NCBI GenBank assembly: GCA_039630415.1
Contig: JBCNVB010000018.1
Coordinates: forward strand, 96,001-160,000
DNA: 64,000 bases
Direction: 5' to 3'
Source: a bacterium
GTDB taxonomy: Bacteria; DRYD01
The number at the start of each line of letters is the position of its first letter. Within the stretch, counting starts at the first letter, position 1. A model generated the notes under the pieces. It did no database searches. It saw only the letters and a list, made by a program, of their open reading frames with translations, and was not told where the DNA came from. Both the position numbers and the translations under genes were made by a program. Shown piece after piece: positions 29,675-38,532 of the stretch.

Positions 29675-30912
29675 GATTGATTTTGTTCCTGAAGGTCTCG
29701 CTTCAGTTGTTGCTGGTGAATTATCCGAGCTACATTATCATCAAGTTGAAAAGCATTTTGTGGGTTAGTTTGTTGATTAGTAGGTTGCTGATATTGGGCA
29801 GGTTGCTGATATTGGGGTTGTTGTGGGAATTGTTGATATGGTTGGTAGGGCTGAGCAGGATATGGTTGAGGTGGGTATGGAGGATAGTAATAAGGTTGAG
29901 CTTGTGGATTAGAACCCTGCATTTGGGGCTGTGGATAAGGTTGATATGGAGGATAGTATGGATAGGGCATATGGTATGGAGGTGGAAAAGATGGATATGG
30001 TTGATTTTTTTGAGAAATTCTTCTATTATACTCATCCTCAGTTTCATAAATACCGCCTATAATTCTTTGATACTCTTCGGTTTTTGCCCATTCTTCCAAC
30101 TCCCTTACCCTATAGGGTATGAAAGGATGAGTCATATCTATCATTATCATATATTTATAGAGTGCTTGAAGGGAACTGAATTCGTCAAGTTGTTTTGCTT
30201 GTAATAGTACTTCCTCTATATTTATTTCTTCATCTTCGTATTTATGGCAATATCCTGCTAATTTTGCTAGGGCTCTCTGAGCTACTGCTTTATCTTGTAC
30301 AACTAAGAATCCCGCTCTGTCAGCTGAAAATTCTGCCATTCTACTCCAATGTAGTAATCCCATTCTAAGAGCATTAGCCGCAAGTACAGCTACACCACCC
30401 ATCACTTGTGATAAAAGATGTATTCCCATCTGACCTATGATTAAAGTAAGACTTTTATAAAGCATATGATCAAACTTCATATGTCCTAATTCATGTCCTA
30501 TTACAAAAAGTAACTCCTCTTCTGTTAGTATGTCTGTTATCCCAGTAGTTACAATCATAATCTTTTTGTCCATACCGAATGCATATGCATTTGCTACAGA
30601 TGAATTTTGTATGAAGAAATCCGGTTCATATGGAATATCTAGTATTTCCATAGCTTCTTTAAAAACTTTGTATAGTCTTGGGTATTGTCTTGGGGTTACT
30701 CTAAGTGCTTGACCCGTAAGAAGAACATATACGGCATCTTCACTACATATTCTATGCCATATTTTTAATAACTGTGGTAAAAGGGGTATTTTTTTCAGGA
30801 TATTAGTAGCATCTGCATCGAATTTATGTTGGATTGATTTTAGTGATATACCCGGGAATTTAAGTTTTCCACTTTCTGTTTTGGGTAGTGACTGAAAATG
30901 CAATCTTTTCAC
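29671..30912 (-). CDS. M48 family metallopeptidase with a Pro/Gln/Tyr-rich C-terminal tail
   Basis: NAYA.G, HELGH, WSR.AE.SADRAG and THP motifs; low-complexity PYPQ tail. Confidence 0.88.
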   Translation of the reverse strand: MKRLHFQSLPKTESGKLKFPGISLKSIQHKFDADATNILKKIPLLPQLLKIWHRICSEDAVYVLLTGQALRVTPRQYPRLYKVFKEAMEILDIPYEPDFFIQNSSVANAYAFGMDKKIMIVTTGITDILTEEELLFVIGHELGHMKFDHMLYKSLTLIIGQMGIHLLSQVMGGVAVLAANALRMGLLHWSRMAEFSADRAGFLVVQDKAVAQRALAKLAGYCHKYEDEEINIEEVLLQAKQLDEFSSLQALYKYMIMIDMTHPFIPYRVRELEEWAKTEEYQRIIGGIYETEDEYNRRISQKNQPYPSFPPPYHMPYPYYPPYQPYPQPQMQGSNPQAQPYYYPPYPPQPYPAQPYQPYQQFPQQPQYQQPAQYQQPTNQQTNPQNAFQLDDNVARIIHQQQLKRDLQEQNQS

Positions 30913-32153
30913 CTCCTAATTAGAGATAATGACCTGTTTACTTTTTCTACAAAATATTCCACTACATTCTGGGTATGTGAGTAGTTCAAATAGTTTGGTT
31001 CAAGGGGATTTGGTGAAAGCACTATTCCCTCAGATATCAAACTTTTATATAGGTCAATAAAGGACATTATATCCATGTTTCCTATTTCCTCATTTGATTC
31101 GATCTTCTTTTCCGAAAAGTATATACAGAACATGCTATTAGTGTAGTTTATCTTAAGTTCTGTTTGATCAATATGCTTAACTATGAAATCTATTTTAGAT
31201 TTAAGTGTTTGATAGAAATCGGGTATTTTCTTGATTATGGATAGTACTTTGTATCCTGCAAATACACATATAGGATGACCTGCAAAAACTCCACTATGAG
31301 ACATATTTCCTACAGGTGCCATCACTTCCATATATTCCTTGCTTGATACCACAGCACCTATAGGGAATCCTCCACCTATTACCTTTCCAAGTACGGTTAT
31401 ATCCGGTTTTATTTCCCTACCTAGTCCATAAAAATCTTCTCTAAAGCAGGTAGATATTTCATCAAATATTAGTAAACAGGAGTATTTTTTTGTAAGTTCT
31501 TTTAGTTTTGAGAGGAATTTGTAATCAGCCTTTATCAGTAAATTTGAGGTTTGGATTGGCTCTACTATTACTGCTGCTATCTCTTTTCCGTAGCTTGAGA
31601 AGAATTCTTCTAGAACTTCCACATCATTGTATGGTAAGCTTACAGTATCTTTAATCAGTCTTTTAGGTACCCCACTAGATGAAGCTATTTGACTTCCAAA
31701 TTCCGATGATCCATTTTCTACAAGTAGATAATCTATACTTCCGTGATATCCTCCATCAAATTTTACAATTTTGGATCTACCAGTTATAGCTCTTGCTAAT
31801 CTAAGAGCTATAGTGTTTGCTTCGGTTCCACTATTTACAAATCGGAGCATTTGGTGATAGGGATATGCTTCAATTATCATTTCTGCTAGCAAGTATTCGT
31901 ATTCATTGGAAAGTCCGCTATATATCCCTTCATTGAGTCTCTCTTTGAGTTCTTCTACTATTTCTGGGTAGGCATCTCCGAGTATTATTGATCCCCAAGC
32001 TGATATGAAGTTTATGTAGTTTCTTCCTTCTGTATCTGTTATGTATGGACCTATAGATTTTTTGACGTAGATTGGTTTAATGTCGATAAGAGGGAAGGCT
32101 CTGATAGGGGCGTTTACCCCTCCTACAAGATATTTTTTGGCTTTTTCGTACAT
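30909..32153 (-). CDS. hemL: Glutamate-1-semialdehyde 2,1-aminomutase family
   Basis: GGVNAP.RAF, SGTEA, GGYHG, LIFDE and GKVIGGGFP motifs. Start set at ATG 32153 because the upstream extension lies inside the tRNA. Confidence 0.85.
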   Translation of the reverse strand: MYEKAKKYLVGGVNAPIRAFPLIDIKPIYVKKSIGPYITDTEGRNYINFISAWGSIILGDAYPEIVEELKERLNEGIYSGLSNEYEYLLAEMIIEAYPYHQMLRFVNSGTEANTIALRLARAITGRSKIVKFDGGYHGSIDYLLVENGSSEFGSQIASSSGVPKRLIKDTVSLPYNDVEVLEEFFSSYGKEIAAVIVEPIQTSNLLIKADYKFLSKLKELTKKYSCLLIFDEISTCFREDFYGLGREIKPDITVLGKVIGGGFPIGAVVSSKEYMEVMAPVGNMSHSGVFAGHPICVFAGYKVLSIIKKIPDFYQTLKSKIDFIVKHIDQTELKINYTNSMFCIYFSEKKIESNEEIGNMDIMSFIDLYKSLISEGIVLSPNPLEPNYLNYSHTQNVVEYFVEKVNRSLSLIRR

Positions 32154-32159
32154 TTTGGG

Positions 32160-32246
32160 TGGTGCGGGTGGTGGGACTCGAACCCACACGCCCTTACGGA
32201 CACTACCCCCTCAAGATAGCGCGTCTGCCAGTTCCGCCACACCCGC
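32160..32246 (-). tRNA. tRNA-Leu (GAG)
   Basis: GCGGGTG/CACCCGC acceptor, CTATC-TTGAGGG-GGTAG anticodon arm, long variable arm, TTCGAGT and encoded CCA. Confidence 0.96.
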
Positions 32247-32255
32247 TTGATCTAA

Positions 32256-32522
32256 CTAGCTATTTAATGTTTTTACAATAAATTTTATAGCAGTTCTGAC
32301 TTCTCCATTTATTTGTACTTCGGTAAAAGCTGGGATAGTTACCAGTTCATATCCCAGGGGGGCTACATATCCTCTTGCTATTGCTATTGCTTTTACTGCT
32401 TGATTTATTGCCCCTGCTCCTATTGCCTGTACTTCTGCCTTGTTACCTTGCTTTATTACCGCAGCCAAGGCAGCTGCAACAGATTGTGGTTTTGATTTTG
32501 ATGATACTTTGAGTACCTCCAT
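32256..32522 (-). CDS. spoVS: SpoVS family nucleic-acid-binding protein
   Basis: LKVSSKS.P.SVA.A, AIGAGAINQAVKAIAIARG and PAF motifs; AGGAGG SD. Confidence 0.95.
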   Translation of the reverse strand: MEVLKVSSKSKPQSVAAALAAVIKQGNKAEVQAIGAGAINQAVKAIAIARGYVAPLGYELVTIPAFTEVQINGEVRTAIKFIVKTLNS

Positions 32523-32567
32523 TCTTTCTACCTCCTGTTGTCTTTATGTTTCTATTTATCGTATGTA

Positions 32568-34643
32568 TTACAGAGTTCCCTTTAGTATTATATTCTCCTG
32601 TATATTTGGTGGTACCTCCTTGTAGGAATATAATTCCATACTGAAAGTAGCTCTTCCTTGTGTGATTGATCTTAAAGCAGTACTATACCCAAATATTTCT
32701 CTTAGAGGAACTAGACAGATAATCTTGTTAATTATTATGCTTCCTAAGGATTGATATATGGATATTTCTTGAATTTCACCGTTTCTAGACTGTATATCAT
32801 TTATTACGTTTCCGAGGTATTCTTCCGGGGTTACTATTTCTATTTTCATTAGAGGTTCTAAAAGTATAGGGTTTGCATTCTTAAGAGCTATTTTTATAGC
32901 CTCGTAAGCAGCTACTTTAAAAGCCAGAGTTGTAGAAAACTGCTCATCATGTTTAGCTCCAATCACTCTTGCTTTTATACCAGTACATGGGAATCCAGCT
33001 AAAACTCCAAACATTAATGCTTCTTTTATACCTTCCTTGACAAAGCTAGAAAACTTTTCTGGAAGCTGATCAGTGTCTATGAATATCTTTATTCCACTTT
33101 CTATTGGTACTACTTCTACTTTTATGTATGCTGTTTGTAGCTTATTATTTACTTGCTTATAAAATTCGTATTCTGCCTGTGCTTTTCTAGATATACTTTC
33201 TCTGAACTCTACTTGAGGTTTACCAGAATATATTTTGACATTATAGTCTCTTTGTATTCTATCTTTAATGATTTCTAAATGTAGTTCCCCCATTCCAGAT
33301 ATAATGATTTGACCAGTTTCTTCATTTATCTTGTATTTGAATGTTGGATCCTCCTCAGAGATTCTTTCTAGGGCTTTAAAAAGTTTCTCTTCATCCGCTC
33401 TAGAGCTTGTTTCTATAGCCATAAATATGACCGGTTCAGGTATGTGTATACTCTCCAATGTGATTCTTTCTTTATCACTTTTTAATAGTGTGTCGCCTGT
33501 TGATGTTTTCTTAAAGCCTAGAATTGCTCCAATTTCACCAGCGGATAATCTTTTAACCTCTTCCATATAGTTTGCGTGTAGCTTTATTATTCTATTTGCT
33601 CTTTCCTTGATATTTTTAGTACTATTGTAAAGAAGGTCATTTTCTTCTATAGTTCCCGAGTATATTCTTACAAATGAGACTTTTCCAACCGAAGGGAAAT
33701 ATGAAACTTTAAAACATAGAGCGATTAGATTATCCGAATTGTTGCTTAATGTATCTATTGTAATTTCTTTTTCTTGTTCGTTAACAGTTACAAAAGCTTT
33801 TTGTGTTTTTCTTTCTAAAGGAGAAGGTAGGAAGTAAATTACAGCATCTAGCAGAGGTTGGATTCCCATATTTTTGATAGCACTACCACATAAAACTGGG
33901 CAACCTAGGTTATTTAAGGTTATCCTTCTTAAAGCCTGGTATACGTCCTCATTCGAATATTCAGAGTTTAGATATTTATCCATAAATATCTCATCAAGTG
34001 AAGCTATTTCCTCAAGCATGAATTGTCTTTTTGGGGAATATGTAGATGTTTCCTCTAGTGGATAGTAATCATAAATTGATCCATCTTCACTTTGCCATTT
34101 TATAATTTTCATTTGTATCAGATCTACTACTCCTTCAAACTGGTCTTCCTTTCCATAGGGTTCTTGTATTGGTATTGGGTTTGTTAGTAGCCTTTCCTTT
34201 ATAGAAGAAAGGCACATATCAAAATTGGCTCCTACTTTGTCCATTTTGTTTACAAAGAATATGATGGGGACTTTATATTTTAGAGCCTGTCTGTATACGG
34301 TTTCCGTTTGTGGTTGGACTCCCGCAGAAGCATCTAAAATTATTATTATACCATCAAGAACCCTTATTGACCTTTCGACTTCTATAGTAAAATCAACGTG
34401 TCCTGGTGTATCTATGAGATTGAAATCATAATCTTTCCATTTGAAGAAAGTAGCTGCACTTTGGATAGTTATACCATGTTCTTTTTCTTGAACCATATAA
34501 TCCATTGTTGCTGTACCCTCGTCTACACTTCCTATCCTGTATATTTTACCAGTGTAGTATAGTATTCTTTCAGTAGTTGTTGTTTTACCGGCATCTATAT
34601 GAGCAACTATTCCTATGTTTCTTATTTTCTCAAGTGCATTCAT
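32568..34643 (-). CDS. fusA: Elongation factor G paralog (EF-G2-like)
   Basis: AHIDAGKTT, DTPGHVDF, NKMD, GMGELHLE and LLEP motifs. Domain IV loops are divergent and the gene is not in a str operon. Confidence 0.92.
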   Translation of the reverse strand: MNALEKIRNIGIVAHIDAGKTTTTERILYYTGKIYRIGSVDEGTATMDYMVQEKEHGITIQSAATFFKWKDYDFNLIDTPGHVDFTIEVERSIRVLDGIIIILDASAGVQPQTETVYRQALKYKVPIIFFVNKMDKVGANFDMCLSSIKERLLTNPIPIQEPYGKEDQFEGVVDLIQMKIIKWQSEDGSIYDYYPLEETSTYSPKRQFMLEEIASLDEIFMDKYLNSEYSNEDVYQALRRITLNNLGCPVLCGSAIKNMGIQPLLDAVIYFLPSPLERKTQKAFVTVNEQEKEITIDTLSNNSDNLIALCFKVSYFPSVGKVSFVRIYSGTIEENDLLYNSTKNIKERANRIIKLHANYMEEVKRLSAGEIGAILGFKKTSTGDTLLKSDKERITLESIHIPEPVIFMAIETSSRADEEKLFKALERISEEDPTFKYKINEETGQIIISGMGELHLEIIKDRIQRDYNVKIYSGKPQVEFRESISRKAQAEYEFYKQVNNKLQTAYIKVEVVPIESGIKIFIDTDQLPEKFSSFVKEGIKEALMFGVLAGFPCTGIKARVIGAKHDEQFSTTLAFKVAAYEAIKIALKNANPILLEPLMKIEIVTPEEYLGNVINDIQSRNGEIQEISIYQSLGSIIINKIICLVPLREIFGYSTALRSITQGRATFSMELYSYKEVPPNIQENIILKGTL

Positions 34644-34644
34644 A

Positions 34645-35805
34645 TTACTTTACATCTTGCAGTATATCCTTTGTATTTAGTATTTTAGTTTCTAGGCTTT
34701 TTATGTCTGACTGTTTAGTATCGTTGTATTTTGACTTAATCTGGTAGATATAATCTTGCACTATTTTTCTTAGTTCTGGATTAGTTAAGTTTATCGCTTT
34801 ACTGAAGTATAGTTCCGCTAGAGTATAATTTGACAAAATCCAGAGTTTTTTACCTAGTTCCAGGTGTATGTAAGGTATCTTATCAACAATCATATGTATT
34901 TCAGGTCTATATAGGCCTATTTTAGCTAGTATCAACTTATAATCTTGGAAAGTTATATCAGTTCTATCAACTAAAAACATCATTAATTTTGCAAGCTCAT
35001 TTGAGCTGAGTCCCCAAGCAAATCTAACAACCTCTTGTATTACAGTTTGATGATCCTGATAGTTCTTGCTAATTAGGTAGTACATTGATAATTCATTGAA
35101 AGATAATGGTTGTTTGTTTTTCTTTCTGTAATCTATCATCTCCTGTAGCTCTTTCCTGGCTTTACCTAGATTTCCTTGCAAATAGTACGTATTACAAAGT
35201 AAGTATTTTATTTGCATATTTTGAGAGTATATTGTTTTTAAGTTGGATAAGATTTTGAATGACTGATCGAATTTTTGATTGGTATTGTATATTTCTACCA
35301 AAGAGGATACAATTTCAAAGAATTCTGGATTTGATGGTTTGGTAGAGCTATATAGTAGTATTAGGTATTTTAGGATTTGTTCTTCAGATTCATTTTGAGT
35401 GTATGAAAGATCAAGTAACATTTTTATTATATCTCTATGCTTTGCAATTTCCTGGGGTTTAATAAGGTTAAAAGCTTGTTTGAGATAAGCATACTGCAAA
35501 GATGAATTTTTATTCCTGTATATTTCTGAAAGTGCTTTATAGACCTCAACAGAAGGTCCTTCTTTTTTGAGTTTGTCAAGTAAATACTTTTTTGTCTGAT
35601 TGAATATTCTATCTTCCTGATTTTCATTTATAAGAAAAAACAATATTGAGGACGAAATAAAAACAAGTAGTACTATTGATACAATGACAGTTTTTAGGGG
35701 ATTTGACTTTGTTTGCTTAGAACTAATGGATACTGACCCATTTGTTTCATTTTGTTCATTTATTTGATTCTGTTTGGTTTTTTTTTGTTTTTTCTTCTTT
35801 TTCAT
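34645..35805 (-). CDS. Membrane-anchored TPR-like protein
   Basis: Lys-rich N-terminus, single TM helix and helical repeats. Start set at ATG 35805 to avoid overlap with the divergent gene. Confidence 0.7.
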   Translation of the reverse strand: MKKKKKQKKTKQNQINEQNETNGSVSISSKQTKSNPLKTVIVSIVLLVFISSSILFFLINENQEDRIFNQTKKYLLDKLKKEGPSVEVYKALSEIYRNKNSSLQYAYLKQAFNLIKPQEIAKHRDIIKMLLDLSYTQNESEEQILKYLILLYSSTKPSNPEFFEIVSSLVEIYNTNQKFDQSFKILSNLKTIYSQNMQIKYLLCNTYYLQGNLGKARKELQEMIDYRKKNKQPLSFNELSMYYLISKNYQDHQTVIQEVVRFAWGLSSNELAKLMMFLVDRTDITFQDYKLILAKIGLYRPEIHMIVDKIPYIHLELGKKLWILSNYTLAELYFSKAINLTNPELRKIVQDYIYQIKSKYNDTKQSDIKSLETKILNTKDILQDVK

Positions 35806-35845
35806 ATTTATATTTTTTGATATAGCTTTAGATGATTCCTTTAGG

Positions 35846-35870
35846 AGGAGTATTGGGTAAAAAGTAGAAA
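35846..35870 (+). promoter_or_regulatory. Candidate promoter (GAGG-N16-TAGAAA) ending 8 nt before ATG 35879
   Basis: AGGAGG AGTATTGGGTAAAAAG TAGAAA. Confidence 0.55.
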
Positions 35871-35878
35871 AATAAGGT

Positions 35879-36391
35879 ATGGAACAAAACGGTATAGATC
35901 CAAAAATAGAAAAACTTTCGCAAGAAATAGAAAATTCCATACTGTCCATTCAGAACCTTATCAAACAAAATAACCCCGATTTACTTTCAAAACAACTGGT
36001 AACCTTAACAGATTTGATTCTCGAATACTTATTAGCACTAGATTATGAGATTAAGAGTCAAAATGTAGAAGATAAAAAATTCCTTGAGTTTAAAGAAAGA
36101 GTAAATTATAATATTCAAAGGATATCAGAGTATCTAAAAACTCAAGATGAAAAATTATTACAAGAAGTTGAAAACACACTAATAGCCTTATACAATGATC
36201 TATATGAAGAGGATGCAGAAGAAATAAATGAACGGAAAGACGAAGAAGAAAAAAAGTTTATGCAAATTCTAAATGAAATACATGAGTTATCTACTAAAGT
36301 TTATTCTTATTACAACAAAAAAGGGGTTACCAAAGAAGAGATTGTTCAGCTAGCCAAAAATATCGCATCTAATATTGAAGCCCTTCCATAA
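35879..36391 (+). CDS. Hypothetical acidic helical/coiled-coil protein
   Basis: 170-aa E/K/L-rich ORF coupled to the next gene through a TAATG overlap. Confidence 0.75.
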   Translation: MEQNGIDPKIEKLSQEIENSILSIQNLIKQNNPDLLSKQLVTLTDLILEYLLALDYEIKSQNVEDKKFLEFKERVNYNIQRISEYLKTQDEKLLQEVENTLIALYNDLYEEDAEEINERKDEEEKKFMQILNEIHELSTKVYSYYNKKGVTKEEIVQLAKNIASNIEALP

Positions 36392-37317
36392 TGATAAAAA
36401 CCCTCCCCCTAAAAGTCTTTTCACTAAATAGAAGTCCTGACAATATCAACTACCAACTGTTTGAATTCTTTCTACTTTTAGAAAATTTATGTAAATATAA
36501 ATATAGCGGATATATGGAAATAAAAGGTAATAAGTATAGCTTCGTGATTCTCATTGATGAAGGAATACCAGTAAGTTACGTGGATATAACCAATAATCCA
36601 ATGGAAATATCTCCAATCATATTCAAGTATAGAGTAGAAGAAGAATTAAATGTTAAAACCTACATAATGCCAGTAGGATACAGCAGCATATTAAGAGGCT
36701 ACTATTTATTTGAAAATCAGGTTATGAACTATAATATTAATAACTACAGGGATTGGGAATCATTGATCTTGAGATTATCTAAAAAAAATACCACCGGAAT
36801 AATTCAACTAGACCTTATGAATAACACTTACTATTTACTTATGAAAGCTGGTAATCTGTTTTTAAGACCCGATATGATAAATAATCAAAGTTTAATTGTA
36901 TGCTCCTACTATTTTACAGAGTTAATTACAGAAAAACTCAAAAACAATGCAAGAGGTATGGTAAGTGTTTTTGGCATAGATAACAAAGAACTGGATGAAA
37001 AAATGAGAGAGAATGATGTAAAACATTCGTTGGTAAAAGAATTAGAAGTAAAGGAAATGAAAGGAGTTGCTTTTGGAGGAGCAAGTATTAGCATTAGCCA
37101 AGAAATAATAGACTTCTGGATATCATCCCTTCAAACTACTCAATTCTTTCTTAAAATAGAAGGATTAGAAGAAAGAATAAACGTAGCTATCAAGAGAGAT
37201 CCAAAGTTATCCCCAGATGTTATAGTACTTCCCTCAAGCGTTATGCAAAAAATAAAAATTAGAGATAGAAGGATAATGAATGGAGAAAAAATTGCTGTTT
37301 ATCCTGAACTTCTCTAA
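36391..37317 (+). CDS. Hypothetical protein with two PATAN/DUF2226-like modules
   Basis: Repeated pattern YSGYMEI...ILIDEG and TTGIIQL...LLMKAG; the domain assignment is tentative. Confidence 0.6.
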   Translation: MIKTLPLKVFSLNRSPDNINYQLFEFFLLLENLCKYKYSGYMEIKGNKYSFVILIDEGIPVSYVDITNNPMEISPIIFKYRVEEELNVKTYIMPVGYSSILRGYYLFENQVMNYNINNYRDWESLILRLSKKNTTGIIQLDLMNNTYYLLMKAGNLFLRPDMINNQSLIVCSYYFTELITEKLKNNARGMVSVFGIDNKELDEKMRENDVKHSLVKELEVKEMKGVAFGGASISISQEIIDFWISSLQTTQFFLKIEGLEERINVAIKRDPKLSPDVIVLPSSVMQKIKIRDRRIMNGEKIAVYPELL

Positions 37318-38425
37318 GCTAATTCTACTAATATCTACTTTCCTGGTATCTCTTCCACTTATCTCCTACTCTACTAACCTTAACTATATGCTATCACAAC
37401 TAGAAAATTATTATACAAGTAACCAAACAATTAACTTTAGAATAACCCTAGACCAAATAACTCAGATAGCCATAAGCACCAAACAACAAGAAATAGTCAT
37501 CAACTTTATTAAAAACAATCTTACTCAGTACACCAATCCAATAATAAACGAGCAAATAGCCGATGCCTTGTTTAACCTTGGAGATACTAATCTATCAAAA
37601 GCAAAGTATCACGAGTGCATCAAATACTTAAATCCTTCAAGTAAAGCTTCTCTATCCTTTATCTCCAGAATATATCAAAAAATATCCCACATTAGCCTAC
37701 TGCATGGAGATATACAAAACTATCTATTCTATTTGACTCAATCTTACAATTATCAACCAGATCCTGACGAAAAATCAACCATAAAAATAGAAATAATAAA
37801 GCATAAAATAAACTACCTAACAATAAGTCAAGATGAAGTAAAAGCAGAAATTAGTCAAATTCTTCAAATTCCTCTAAGTAACTACGAAAAACTTTATAAC
37901 AACCTGGTAGAAATATATGATTCAGTAGGCATGAAACAAGAATCTATATACATACTACAAAATATCCTACCTAAATATCAATCTCTCGAATCTTTTATAA
38001 CAAGATATAACTATTCTCAAAATAAGCAGGAGCAAAAATCAATCTTAGAGCAGATGATTAAACTATATCCTAAAGCAGATCCATATTACATGGAAAAATT
38101 AGCGGATATATATTTAGAAGAAGGAGAAAATCAATATGCCAAAGAGTTATATCATAAAGTCATATTCAGAATACCAACTAAACATCAAGTACTGTACAAA
38201 CTCGCTCGAATATATCAAAATGAGAATAATCTATATCTAGCAGAGAGATATATACTTTTAGCGATAAAACAAACCAATTCACCAGAATATCTAGAATTAG
38301 CCGGTGATATGTTTAAAAAAGTAGATAAAAATAAAGCTAAACAATACTATTCCAAGGCTTACGATCTATACCAAGATATGGATTCAAAAATTAGAATTAG
38401 AAGTAAAATTTCAGAACTGGAATAG
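37280..38425 (+). CDS. Exported TPR protein
   Basis: Signal-like N-terminus and several TPR-like motifs (LADIYLEEG..A..LY.K). Confidence 0.75.
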   Translation: MEKKLLFILNFSKLILLISTFLVSLPLISYSTNLNYMLSQLENYYTSNQTINFRITLDQITQIAISTKQQEIVINFIKNNLTQYTNPIINEQIADALFNLGDTNLSKAKYHECIKYLNPSSKASLSFISRIYQKISHISLLHGDIQNYLFYLTQSYNYQPDPDEKSTIKIEIIKHKINYLTISQDEVKAEISQILQIPLSNYEKLYNNLVEIYDSVGMKQESIYILQNILPKYQSLESFITRYNYSQNKQEQKSILEQMIKLYPKADPYYMEKLADIYLEEGENQYAKELYHKVIFRIPTKHQVLYKLARIYQNENNLYLAERYILLAIKQTNSPEYLELAGDMFKKVDKNKAKQYYSKAYDLYQDMDSKIRIRSKISELE

Positions 38426-38532
38426 AATAATATTTCAACATTTCCATAGGAGGAAGTTAACATATTTCTTCAATAAACATTAATTGGAAAGAGTACTTGC
38501 ATACCCTAAAAACTATTTGGAGGTAGAGAAAA

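Noticed and set aside
29677-30204. 175-aa plus-strand ORF and 105-aa alternative-frame ORF
   Set aside because: Shadow frames of the low-complexity PQY tail of the M48 protease.
32154-32189. N-terminal extension MWVRVPPPAPPK of hemL
   Set aside because: It is mostly the tRNA-Leu T arm and acceptor stem read as codons.
32256-32522. spoVS as evidence of sporulation
   Set aside because: SpoVS is widespread in non-sporulating bacteria and no other spo genes are in the window.
35806-35949. N-terminal extension of ORF 34645..35949
   Set aside because: It overlaps the divergent gene and its candidate promoter; ATG 35805 is more plausible.
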